Part shown: positions 50,501 through 60,294 of the stretch, one piece after another
Position numbering within the stretch: position 1 is the first letter of the stretch
Layout: each line of letters begins with the position of its first letter
NCBI GenBank assembly: GCA_038087875.1
Contig: CM075984.1
Coordinates: 18,042,001-18,106,000, forward strand
Reading direction: 5' to 3'
DNA length: 64,000 nt
From: Malacoraja senta
Taxonomy: Eukaryota
The notes under the pieces: generated by a model
The model's database searches: none
What the model saw: only the letters and a program-made list of their open reading frames with translations
Told to the model about the DNA's origin: nothing
Position numbers and translations under genes: made by a program

Positions 50501-51457
50501 ATGGTCGGTGGGGCGGCGCGGTTCGACCAGTCCGGTGAGGCGACGGGGTGAATAGGGTGCGGTGCGGCGGCCAAGTTCGTGGATCCCTGGTCCGGCGGCC
50601 GTGTAGAGTGGGCCCGGTCCGGCGGCGATGCTGGATGGGCCCGGTCCGGCGGCGATGCTGGGAGGTCCCGGGGGGCGGCGAGGTTCGGAGGAATCGGCGA
50701 GGGGAAGGAAGTCCGAGTTACCGTAGAAGCGGCGAGCCTGGGCGTCATCGGTAGGCAGGTGAAGGTCGGCGGCAGCATCGACGTGGAGGTCGGTGAAGGC
50801 GACCTCCTGGTGAGTACTGGAGGCGCTCCCCGTGGACAAGATGGCGTCCTGGTGAGTACTGGAGTCGCTCCCCGTGGACAAGATGGCGTCGCGGGACCGG
50901 GGCAGGCGATGCGGGCCGGAGTTGGGGCCCGGAGCCAGCGGGCGGTCGAGTTGCGGAGAGTCGGCGGCGGGAGCGGCCTGGAGGCGGGCTAATTTAAGGT
51001 CCTTGGTGGAGTTGAGGTGGGCCAGGAATCTTTTATTGAAGAGGTGGATCTTCCGGCGGATAAAGTACAGTTGTGGTCCGTTGCAGGTCTGGGTGAGTGA
51101 GGCCCGAAGTTCCGGGAGAGTCAATGCGAGGTCCTGCTGATACCGGCGCATCGCAGTCAGTGTGGATCTCAGTGCCCGGGTGGAGAATTGTTGGGTATGC
51201 CGGTAGATAGCCAGTCGGTACCGATAGTCCGGCTGAGGTCCGAACTGGGAAGTAGGGAACTGGAGCTGGAAGCCATGAGGTATGAGATGGAGGCGCAGGC
51301 ATGCCCCGAGGAAGCAGATGTGGCTGTGGTATCGAGTTTGGGTAAGGATGTGGTCGTAGAGTTGGAGGGCAGGGGGGATCACAGAGATGGGGCAGTTAGC
51401 GAGTTGGGTGTGGAACAGTCTCCGGAGAGAGGAGGAGAACTTCTTCAAAGTAGGCAT
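47585..51457 (-). CDS. PLE polyprotein: N-terminal domain, Pro-rich repeats, reverse transcriptase, Cys linker, GIY-YIG endonuclease (1290 aa)
   Basis: IKPADKGGAVVV, PKIHKP..PGRPIVS, MDVQSLYTSIP, GVAMGTRMGPSYA, YLRYIDD, CNRKRCNTC, LIYCIRC..CQLIYIGETKRRLGDRFAEH; no internal stops. Confidence 0.96.
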   Translation of the reverse strand: MPTLKKFSSSLRRLFHTQLANCPISVIPPALQLYDHILTQTRYHSHICFLGACLRLHLIPHGFQLQFPTSQFGPQPDYRYRLAIYRHTQQFSTRALRSTLTAMRRYQQDLALTLPELRASLTQTCNGPQLYFIRRKIHLFNKRFLAHLNSTKDLKLARLQAAPAADSPQLDRPLAPGPNSGPHRLPRSRDAILSTGSDSSTHQDAILSTGSASSTHQEVAFTDLHVDAAADLHLPTDDAQARRFYGNSDFLPLADSSEPRRPPGPPSIAAGPGPSSIAAGPGPLYTAAGPGIHELGRRTAPYSPRRLTGLVEPRRPTDHPLTGTSHASPVDPDSTAHLPRPSGPPTLATATTSSPTDPDYTAHGPRPSGPPTLATAPPSSPTDPDYTAHGPRPSGPPTLATATPSSPTDPDYTAHGPRPSGPPTLATATPSSPTDPDYTAHGPRPSGPLTLATAPPSSSPQPSPYLQTGLCTGPEASTLFTPTLRGLTPLGPSASLPSPGYLSGSSTDSSPSLSNYGTTSLPHPHHCPLTPPPPDHPPPPHHTSPRPHYTHLPSSGPNPHPCRVFTIPPDLPLSDIERSVLSRGLTFVPLRPHLNEFRALHDLERFYRRLRLTAHFHGKQSSLPTDDPFSRLQRTPSSWNPPRSLPALELFIKNCRRDIHRLNFSTPLSHSNLSPLERTAIDSLRNNLDWVIKPADKGGAVVVWRVDLYKAEATRQLSDTSSYLPLDHDPTDEHQATISSTITNFIHSHALPERASNLIVPQPRTARFYLLPKIHKPDCPGRPIVSACSCPTELISTYLDSILSPLVKSLPTYVQDTSDTLRHLRAFHSLGPHPLIFTMDVQSLYTSIPHQDGLKALRFFLDRRSNLYPATDTLLRLAELVLTLNNFSFDSSHFLQIQGVAMGTRMGPSYACLFVGYVEQSLFNAYQGPIPDLYLRYIDDCFGATSCTHTQLTDFIRFTTNFHPALKYTWTISDTSLPFLDLTISIAGDRLLTDIHYKPTDSHGYLDYTSSHPASCKDSIPHSQFLRLRRICSQDEAFHTRASEMSSFFRERGFPSSTIDEARTRVSAIPRNTALSPHPPTHNKGRVPLVLTFHPTSRHIQQVILRQFRHLQRDPTTRHIFPSPPMSAFRKDRSLRNSLVNSSLPSHTTPSPGTFPCNRKRCNTCPFTSPLHSIPGPKQSFQVRQRFTCISSNLIYCIRCSRCQLIYIGETKRRLGDRFAEHLRSVRNNQPELPVAQHFNSPSHSVSDLSVLGLLHGHSEQHRKLEEMHLIFRLGSLHPGGLNVEFSQFC
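50085..50467 (-). repeat. In-frame 78-bp tandem repeat (~4.7 copies; 26-aa unit PDYTAHGPRPSGPPTLATATPSSPTD)
   Basis: Units start at 50175, 50253, 50331, 50409. Confidence 0.95.
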
Positions 51458-51589
51458 ACCTTGACGAGATTTCGCAGTGGAGTAGACAAAGTGTTAAAGA
51501 AGGAACTGCAGATGCTGGAAAATCGAAGGTACACAAAAATGCTGGAGAAACTCAGCGGGTGCAGCAGCATCTATGGAGCGAAGGAAATA

Positions 51590-51624
51590 GGTAACGTTTC
51601 GGGCCGAAACCCTTCTTCAGACTG
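51590..51624 (-). ncRNA. Minimal hammerhead ribozyme motif, upstream pLTR
   Basis: Identical to 47438-47472; about 130 nt upstream of the ATG. Confidence 0.75.
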
Positions 51625-52420
51625 ATAGGGGGTGGGGAGAAGAAAGGAAAAAAGGAAAAGGAGGAGGAGGAGCCCGAGGGTTGGGGGAGGGGAGGAGACA
51701 ACCAGATGGCTGATGAAGGGGAGGGGACAGCCAGGGCTAGCAGAATTGGGAGAATTCAACGTTCAGGCCACCAGGGTGTAGACTGCCCAAGCGGAATATG
51801 AGGTGCATTTCCTCCAATTTACGGTGTTGCTCGCTGTGGCCATGGAGGAGACCCAGGACAGAGAGGTCAGATACGGAATGGGAGGGGGGAGTTGAAGTGC
51901 TGAGCCACCGGGAGTTCAGGTTGGTTATTGCGGACCGACCGGAGGTGTTCGGCGAAACGATCGCCAAGCCTCCGCTTGGTCTCACCGATGTAGATCAGCT
52001 GGCATCTAGAGCAGCGAATGCAATACATTCGCTGCTCTAGATGCCAGCTGATCTACATCGGTGAGACCAAGCGGAGGCTTGGCAATCGTTTCGCCGAACA
52101 CCTCCGGTCGGTCCGCAATAACCAACCTGAACTCCCGGTGGCTCAGCACTTCAACTCCCCCTCCCATTCCGTATCTGACCTCTCTGTCCTGGGTCTCCTC
52201 CATGGCCACAGCGAGCAACACCGTAAATTGGAGGAAATGCACCTCATATTCCGCTTGGGCAGTCTACACCCTGGTGGCCTGAACGTTGAATTCTCCCAAT
52301 TCTGCTAGCCCTGGCTGTCCCCTCCCCTTCATCAGCCATCTGGTTGTCTCCTCCCCTCCCCCAACCCTCGGGCTCCTCCTCCTCCTTTTCCTTTTTTCCT
52401 TTCTTCTCCCCACCCCCTAT

Positions 52421-52455
52421 CAGTCTGAAGAAGGGTTTCGGCCCGAAACGTTACC
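52421..52455 (+). ncRNA. Minimal hammerhead ribozyme motif, inverted pLTR
   Basis: cagtCTGAAGAagggtttcggcccGAAACgttacc. Confidence 0.75.
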
Positions 52456-53122
52456 TATTTCCTTCGCTCCATAGATGCTGCTGCACCCGCTGAGTTTCTC
52501 CAGCATTTTTGTGTACCTTCGATTTTCCAGCATCTGCAGTTCCTTCTTTAACACAACATCATAACTGCCAGATGACAACAGCCGTTTAAAGCCGCTAAGG
52601 CAAGACGCGTTCGCCCAGGAGCGAGCGTTGACAGCAAAGAAGCACCGGCTTCTGGCTCTCTGGAAACCCACAGCTGGGATGGGCGGGGCTTCACGAGCTG
52701 CGCCGGCAGTGAGGAAAAGGTTCAGCGCAAGAGGCGCCGCTGATCCGAGATCTGCAGAAGAAAGATCCTATAGCGGAACGGAGCTGTAGAATATTTGTTC
52801 TGCAGAACTTTCTTGCCTTTAATCCACAGCGGGGGGAGGGGGGCAGGAGCCATGTGGGCCTTGATTGGTGGGCATGTGGGCATTGTGACGTGGAAGCTAG
52901 CAAGCGGCGCTTATATTTTAAAAAGTGAGTTTTGTGAACAACTTTATTCAAAATCTGGGGAAATAATTGACCGAATTTAGAGACGAGTGCATTTATGAAA
53001 TCGTAAGTTAAATCCCTACCGAAATGGAAAAAACTCTGCGTTTTTGCGTCTGGTTTTCGAGGAGATACGTTTCAAATGCAAAATGCCATACACCCACACA
53101 CACACAGAGTTTTAAAAGTATA

Positions 53123-55686
53123 CTAGACCAAGTGCAGACCCGTTGGGTCTGTTCCCGCAACGCGCGGTTGCAAGTGGGGACTGCCTGACGTCATCGCGCA
53201 ACACCACGTGCTAGGCGTACGCCGTCAAGACGCTGCGTACGAAGTCAAGATGCTGCGTACGCCCGTGGAGACGCTGCGTACGCCCTCAATGCGCCTGCGG
53301 GCCGACAGGCCGTTGACGCGCGGGATTTTCGGACGGTGCAAGCGTGCAGGCCGGCAGCGAGGACGGCGAAAAGCAGCGGGGGACAGCGTGACAGAGCTGC
53401 GCCCGGGGGGGGGGAGAGAGTGGAGGGTGGAAGAGCCGTTATGGTCGCGCGGCACGCGATGAGAAGGTGGCCAGCAGGAGGCGACAAAATGAGTGAGTGG
53501 GGGGGAAGGATTTTATTAAAAATGTGTACAGAAAAATGACGAAATTTAATGAGGAGTGGATATGCGAATGTAAAAGTAAAACGTTTTTGCGTGTGGTTTT
53601 GGCGGACCAACGAATCAAAGGCAAAATCAAAATGATATACACCCACACAGGAGAGAGGGGTGAGGAGAGAGGGGGGAGAGAGTGGGGAGGAGAGCAGGGA
53701 GGGTAAAGGGGAAGACAGGTGTAGGGGGAAGGGGTGTGGTAGAGGGGGAGAGAGGGTGGGTGAGGGAGGTAGAGAAGAGAGGGGAAGAGGGGAGAGGGAG
53801 ATTAGGGGGGAGAGAGAGAGTAGAGAGGGAGGGGGTGAGTGAGGGGAGGGGGAGAGAAGAGGGGGACAGTTGGAGGGGGAGAGAAAAGGAGGGGGGAGGT
53901 GGAGGGGAGAGAGAAGAGGAGGGGGAGAGGTGGAGAGGGGAGGGTGGAGAGGGGAGGGTGGAGAGGGGGAGGAGAATAAGAGGTGGAGGGGGTAGAAGGG
54001 AGGGGGGAAGAGTGGGGGAGGGAGAGGAGAGAGGGTGATAGAGGTGGGGGGGGAGAGGGGGATGTGGAGAGAGATTGGGGAGAGGAGAAGGAGGGAGTGG
54101 AGGGGGAGAGAGAGGATGGGGAGAGAGAAGGGTGGGAGAAAGGCATGGGGGTGGAAGGGAGGGACGGATGGGGAGAAAGAGATTAGAGGGGAGATAGAGA
54201 GATTAGAGGGGAGAGAGGGGGAGGTAGGGGGGAGAGAGAGGAGGGGGTGAGTGAGGGGGTGAGAGGAGAGGTGAGGGGGAGAAGAGGAGGGGGAGAGTTG
54301 GAGGGTGGAGAGAAGAGGAGAGGGAGAGGTGGAGGGGTGAGGTGGGGGAGAGAAGAGGAGGGGGAGTGGTGATGGGGAGAGTGGAGAGGGGGGAGGATAC
54401 GATGTGGAGGGGGTAGAGGGGAGGGGGATAAAAGGTAGGGGTGGAGGGTGAGAGAGGAGGGAGGAGAGAGTGGTAGAGGTGGGGGGGAGGGGGGGGAGGT
54501 GGAGAGAGATTGGATGGGGAGAGAGGAGAGGGAGAGAGAAGAGGGAGAGAGAGAGGTGAGAGAGAGAAGGGGGGAGCGAGAAGGGGGGAGAGAGAAGGGG
54601 AGAGGGAATGGCACAGGGAGGGAGGGAGGAGAAGAGAGAGAATAGAGGGGGGAGACAGTACAGGGGAAAGGGGGGGAGGAGGAGAGGAGGGGGTGAGTGA
54701 GGGTGGGAGAGAAGAGGAGGTTGGGGGGAGAGAAGAGGAGGGGGAGAGAGATGAGGAGGGGGGAGAGGTGGAGGGGATAGAGGAGAGGGGGTAGGGTAGG
54801 ACGGATAGAGGTGGAGGGGGGAGGGGGAGTGGAGGGCGGTAGAGAGGGAGGGGGTTAGATAGGGAGGGGGGAGGTGGAGGGGGGGAGAACAGGCGGGGAT
54901 GGAGGAGAGAAGAGGGGGGAAGGATGGGCAGGGGTAGAGGGGGAGGGGGAGTGGAGGGGGGTAGATAGGGAGGGGGTAGGACAAATTGCTCTATTTGATT
55001 GTGCACGCCAGGTTGATTGCATTCGTGGGTCCATTGTGCTTGTACATCTGTGAGATGGCTCTGTGAGTCATGCAGCTGTTTGATTTTAGTGGGCTCACGT
55101 GAAGATTCCAACCTCCTAGCCCTGACCCATTGTGATGTCATATCATAGGTAAATGAGATCCATTGTGATTGGACATCTGTGATGGCACTGTGAGTCATGC
55201 AGCAGCTCGCTGGCCAGCAGGATTCCAAAAAATCAGTGGTGGGGTGAAGGATGGATTTTATTTAAAAATGTGTACATAAAAATGTCTAAATCTAATGAGG
55301 AATGTGTTAGGGTATGTAAAAGTGTAATGTCTAGCGAAATGGAAAAAATCTCGGAGTTTCTGCGTGTGGTTTTGGCGGACCAAGGAATCNNNNNNNNNNN
55401 NNNNNNNNNNNNNNNNNNNNNNNNNNNNNNNNNNNNNNNNNNNNNNNNNNNNNNNNNNNNNNNNNNNNNNNNNNNNNNNNNNNNNNNNNNNNNNNNNNNN
55501 NNNNNNNNNNNNNNNNNNNNNNNNNNNNNNNNNNNNNNNNNNNNNNNNNNNNNNNNNNNNNNNNNNNNNNACATAAAAATGTCTAAATCTAATAAGGAGT
55601 GTGTTAGGGTATGTAGAAATGTAATGTCTAGCGAAATGGAAAAAATCTCGGAGTTTTCGCGTGTGGTTTTGGCGGACCAAGGAATC
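53123..55686 (-). mobile_element. Non-autonomous Helitron, unit 4 (minus); 5' end lost in the N gaps
   Basis: ctagaccaagtgcagacccgttgggtctgttccc is identical to 46479-46512; ~20-bp gacgctgcgtacg repeats; long purine tract; module 53510-53615 recurs at 55255-55389 and 55571-55686. Confidence 0.7.
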
Positions 55687-56784
55687 NNNNNNNNNNNNNN
55701 NNNNNNNNNNNNNNNNNNNNNNNNNNNNNNNNNNNNNNNNNNNNNNNNNNNNNNNNNNNNNNNNNNNNNNNNNNNNNNNNNNNNNNNNNNNNNNNNNNNN
55801 NNNNNNNNNNNNNNNNNNNNNNNNNNNNNNNNNNNNNNNNNNNNNNNNNNNNNNNNNNNNNNNNNNNNNNNNNNNNNNNNNNNNNNNNNNNNNNNNNNNN
55901 NNNNNNNNNNNNNNNNNAGAGAGCTATGGATAACATACAGAGAGAGGAGATTAGTTTATCTTGGCATCATGTTCGGCATAGACATTGTGGGCTGAAGGGC
56001 CTGTTCCCATGTTACAATTTTGCTATGTTCTCTGTTCTATGACTTCTTGCAGATCCGTCAAAAGTGTCCAATTGCTACCCTGGTGACCAGAAGCCACCCA
56101 TGATACTTTTCCCTCTCTTGCAGGATGTAAATAAACGTTATCATGGATAACAGAATTGGCATGGTTTAAACACATATGTACAAGGAATTAGCAGCTAAAT
56201 TCCTAGCTTCTCATTAATGTACAGTGCTTCAATACTTTATTTGGCTCCAGTGGCAACTAACAGCAATATTTCTGCAGCCAACATTTCTATCTTATTGAAG
56301 TATTCTTATTGATGTGCAGAATCATAAAAAGTTACGACACAGAAGGAAGCCATCCAGCTCATCTTCAAAATGAGACGATTTGGATTCCCAGCTCCCAATC
56401 CATTGTCTGTACCTCTGTAGTTAATACTATATATATATTCCAGGTATTTTTGAATGTGATGAGAATGTTTCCACTTCCAGTAATTTGGGCAGCAAGTTCC
56501 AACCTCACACCAAGTCTTGTCCGAAGATTTTATCTTCTCATGTCCTCTTTAACCCTTTGACCTATTACATCAAATATTTGACCCTTCTTTTTGACTGCTG
56601 AGGGAAATAACTCTTCATCGTCATTGAGTTCCTCCCATAAGTTTATAGACACCGTTTAAATCACTCCTCTGCTGTTGCTGTTTTTAAAGAGAACTTCTCC
56701 AGCTCAGCCAGTCATTTGTCTAAACTATACTCTTTCTCCCTGGCAACGTCCTCGTAAACCACCACTGAATTATTTGTGTTGAAT

Positions 56785-57222
56785 TAGAGGTTGGACAGAC
56801 CTGGATTCTTTTCACTGGATCTTCAGAGGCTGGGGGAAAAACTGATAGAAGTTTATAAAACTATGAGAGGCATACGTAGATAGTGTGGACTGACAGAACC
56901 TTTTTCCCAGGATGGAAATGTCAAAGACCAGAGGATATAGCTTTAAGGTGAGAGGAGTAAAGTTTAAAGGAGTGTGTGGGGCAAACTTATTACAGAGAAA
57001 GTGGTAAGTGCCTGGAACGCGCTGCAAGGGGTAGTGGTGGAGGCAGGCAATAGGGGCATTTAAGAGGCTTTTGGATTAGCACATGGATATGTAGGGAATG
57101 GAGGGATATAGATCTCATGCAGGCAAAGAGATTGACTTAACTAGGCATTGCATTTGGTGCAAAACATTGTAGGCCAAAGGGCCAGTTCCTGTAATTAACT
57201 TTTCACTGTTCTATGTTCTATG
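56785..57222 (+). mobile_element. CR1 3' end
   Basis: ggttggacagacctggatt...aggccaaagggcc...(ttctatg)n. Confidence 0.8.
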
Positions 57223-57450
57223 CTGTCAATATGTTCCTCCCATGAGGATAACAGACCCACACAGAGTACTCTAACTTTGGCATGGAAATTGTTTTATGCA
57301 GTTGATGCTAAAAGTGGAATGAATTAAGAATGAGTTTTCCATTAAATCCCCCCCAGTTCTTTTGAAAAATGATCTCTGTCTTAATAGTTGGAATGGCATT
57401 GTTACTTATATGCTTTTGCTAATATATTAACAAAATTACTCTAAGACCCG

Positions 57451-57751
57451 TGGGTGGCACGGTGGCGCAGAAGTAGAGTTACAGCACCAGAGACCTTTGT
57501 TCGATCCTGACGATGGGTGCTGTCTATACGGAGTTTGTACGTTTTCCTTGTGACCTGTGTGGGTTTACTCCGGTTTCCTCCTACACTCCAAAGACGTACA
57601 GGTTTGTAGGTTAGTTGGCTTGGTAATATTGTAAATTGTCCCTAGTGTGTATAGGATAGTGTTAGTGTGTGAGAATTGCTGGTCGACACGGACTCGGTGG
57701 GCCAAAGGGCTTGTTTCCACGTATATCAAAACTAAACTAAACTAAACTAAA
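57451..57751 (+). mobile_element. V-SINE (HE1-like)
   Basis: ggtggcgcag head, gttcgatcc B box, (aaact)n tail. Confidence 0.85.
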
Positions 57752-57861
57752 TCATTAAAGAAACTTTGGCAAATATTCTCACGCCTAATGTCCATGATTG
57801 AATTTTGAGTAAAAAAAGTAACAACTTTTTTCAGATCCATTTTCCATCTAGTAAATGAACT

Positions 57862-58170
57862 GATGCAGCTGGTAGATCAGCTGCCTCATGGCGTCGGAGA
57901 CTCGGTTTTTATCCCGGCCTCGGGTGCTGTCTATAAGGAGTTTGCACTTTCTCCAGTGTGGGTTTCCTCTGGGTGCTCCGGTTTCTCCCACATCCTAAAG
58001 ATATGCGGGTTTGTAGGTTAATTGTCTACTGTAAATTGTCCCGAGTGTGTAGGGAGTGGATGAGCTAGTGGGATAACACTAGTTTGTGAGATAAATAGTG
58101 CAAACGGGTGATTGATGGTTGGTGTGGACCTTGTGGGCTGAATGACCTGTTTCCATGCTGTATCTCTAAA
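57862..58170 (+). mobile_element. V-SINE, second subfamily
   Basis: gggtgctccggtttctccca core. Confidence 0.8.
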
Positions 58171-58481
58171 AACCTTCTTTATTTAAGTTTCCACTTCCAC
58201 TGCAAGCACCCATGAAGTGGTGCTATTGATGTTATTGATCATGTACCATTATCTGGCTGCAGTGACTATCTCCACTGCAGGTATCAGACCTGGATTACAT
58301 ATTTTTCCTTGAACACCCTGCTTACTGTTATGGCAAAAGCATGATACTGTTTTAATAGTTCATTGGGGCCTTGAGCCTAAGGTAATAGTGATATTAATAG
58401 CTCCAGGCCAACTACTCAAACAATTTCACACGATGATCTTTAATGGAGCAACACGGTTTCTGCTCACACCAATAATATACC

Positions 58482-58781
58482 TTTTAGACTTTAGACTTTA
58501 CCTTAGAGATACAGCATGAAACAGGCCCTTCATCCCACTGTGTCCACGCTGACCAGCAACCATCGCGTACACTAGCACTATTTTGCACACGAGGGATAAT
58601 TCACAATTTTACCGAAGGCAATTAAACTAAAAACTTGCACGTCTTTGGAGAGTGGGAGGAACCCGGAGTACCCGGATAAAGCCCACGTGGTCACAGAGAG
58701 AACGTACAGACAGCAACCATAGTCAAAATCAAACCCGGGTCTTTGGCGTTGTAAGGTAGCAACTTTACCGCTGCGCCACTG
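58482..58781 (-). mobile_element. V-SINE (HE1-like)
   Basis: Reverse-complement head/core/tail. Confidence 0.85.
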
Positions 58782-58814
58782 TCGAAATAAATTTACAATG
58801 ATAGTATAAAGATG

Positions 58815-58998
58815 TAGAAACAAAGAACTGTAGATGCTGATTGGTACACTAAAGGACACGAAGTGCTGGAGTAACTCAGCAGGTCAGGCAGCATCTCTGG
58901 AGAACATGGGTAGGTAACGTTTCGGGTCAAGATCCTTCCCGAAACGACACCTGAGATGCTGCCTAACCTGCTGAATTACTCCAGCACTTATTGTGTCC
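58815..58998. mobile_element. Fold-back Penelope remnant
   Basis: gtgctggagtaactcagcaggtcaggcagcatctc...gagatgctgcctaacctgctgaattactccagcac. Confidence 0.85.
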
Positions 58999-60294
58999 AA
59001 TTACATTTAATGTTGGGTTTTTTAATTACAGTGTCAGCTTGATGCTAAACACGAGGGACTTGTGCTTCTGCTGTTGTGCTGGGTATTCTTTCAGAGTTTG
59101 TTTTCACTAACTGGCCAAAATGGCACTAAAGTTTGTAAGATTACAAGGACACATTATGCATAGTGCAAATGGAGTTCAGTAATTCTTTAAATAAAAATAA
59201 AAATAAAAATATTGGTAGAGGTCAGCCCCACTTAAAAAAAACTGTCTGTCCCACTAGTCATGTTCATCATAATTGTTTGCACCTGTTTCGTTAGCTTGCA
59301 AGGTTCTAACATGTATGGTTGAAAATGGTCTAATATTTTTTACTTTACTAAAGAACTGACTACGTTGCACCAAAATAACTAGTAAATGGTTCTGTCATTG
59401 TCAGCTATTTATAATCAAGTTACTCACAGGTGGTGGACTAGATACTGTGATTAATATTCTTATCCTTTAGTGATTAACCCATTTTCAGTTACATTAATAA
59501 AACTGTAGCATGCTACTGTATCCCACGAAAGTATGCTAAGGACTTTTTTATAACTGAATTGTGAAATACTGCCCAATTGCATTAGTTCACGGCTGGCTTC
59601 ATGTTCAGTGATTTGTGCATGAGTTTGAGTGGGAACTTGAGGAGTGAGCAGGTCTTGAAATGAGAGTGATTTTGATTGTAATTTGCTATGCACAAAATCA
59701 ACAGTCACCAAAGTGGAACCTTTTAGCCCTAACTTTAAATCATGCAAAATGTCCAAGAATGAACCTTAAGTGGGTATACATGATTTGTATGTCATGTATA
59801 TCAGTAACAGGAAGAGAGAGGGAAGAGCTGAGAAAACGCATCAAAAAGATACATCTTTTAGTCGTTAGAAATACGATACAATATAATTTTAATTATCTCA
59901 GGAGGAAAATTGGTCTGCTAACAGTCATAAAACACACCACACAACACACACAACAAGATACATGAAGTCCAAGAAATGCTCCCTGATAGTAAGTAGTATC
60001 GGTCATATGAAGGACACTCCAGAACCCTGGCTGACCTTGCACCAGTTTCTCCCCTCCTCTTCCTCCTCCACTTACATTCCTTCCTCCAGCTTCAACATTC
60101 ACAAGTTTTCTGTCCCCGAGCTTCACAATTCGCAATTCTTTATCCTTTTGGCTCACACCTGTATTTTTATCTCTGGCCTTCGTCCAACAATCTGCCTATG
60201 AAAAAAAAAACCCTCTCTGTGTTCACTATTGCCGGCCATACTTTGTCCAGCTCCTCCTCTCTTCCAGCTTTCTTCCTCAACCCCGAGCATGCTA

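Larger units (their letters stand above)
47375..52556 (-). mobile_element. Intact young Penelope-like element (Neptune-type) with direct and inverted pLTRs
   Basis: TSD catcataactgcca at 47361-47374 and 52557-52570; pLTR copies at 47375-47872, 51491-52025 (direct) and 52026-52554 (inverted). Confidence 0.95.
46479..53122 (-). mobile_element. Non-autonomous Helitron, unit 3 (minus), interrupted by the Penelope element
   Basis: A|CTAG at 46479; on the minus strand, hairpin cagaccc-aac-gggtctg then cacttggtctag; 3' ~230 bp homologous to 46010-46231; 5' end tatacttttaaaactc with (GT)n at ~53122. Confidence 0.8.

Noticed and set aside
49559-50992. Antisense and alternate-frame ORFs over the PLE
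   Set aside because: Shadows of a GC-rich in-frame repeat region; no domain signal
51450-51462. AAG|GTATGC donor-like site overlapping the PLE start codon
   Set aside because: No identifiable partner acceptor; too weak to call an intron
53245-54984. 579-aa and other Pro/Leu/Ser- or Gly/Glu/Arg-rich ORFs (also 45261-45847 and 46662-47418)
   Set aside because: Artefacts of stop-free purine/pyrimidine low-complexity tracts
55255-55686. Repeated ~120-bp module flanking two gaps, as a true tandem array
   Set aside because: Could be a gap-edge assembly duplication; cannot be resolved without reads
59460-59756. 98-aa ORF in unique DNA (likewise 12864-13109, 22542-22748, 35201-35623)
   Set aside because: No recognisable domain, codon bias or convincing splice context; small host exons cannot be excluded without alignment
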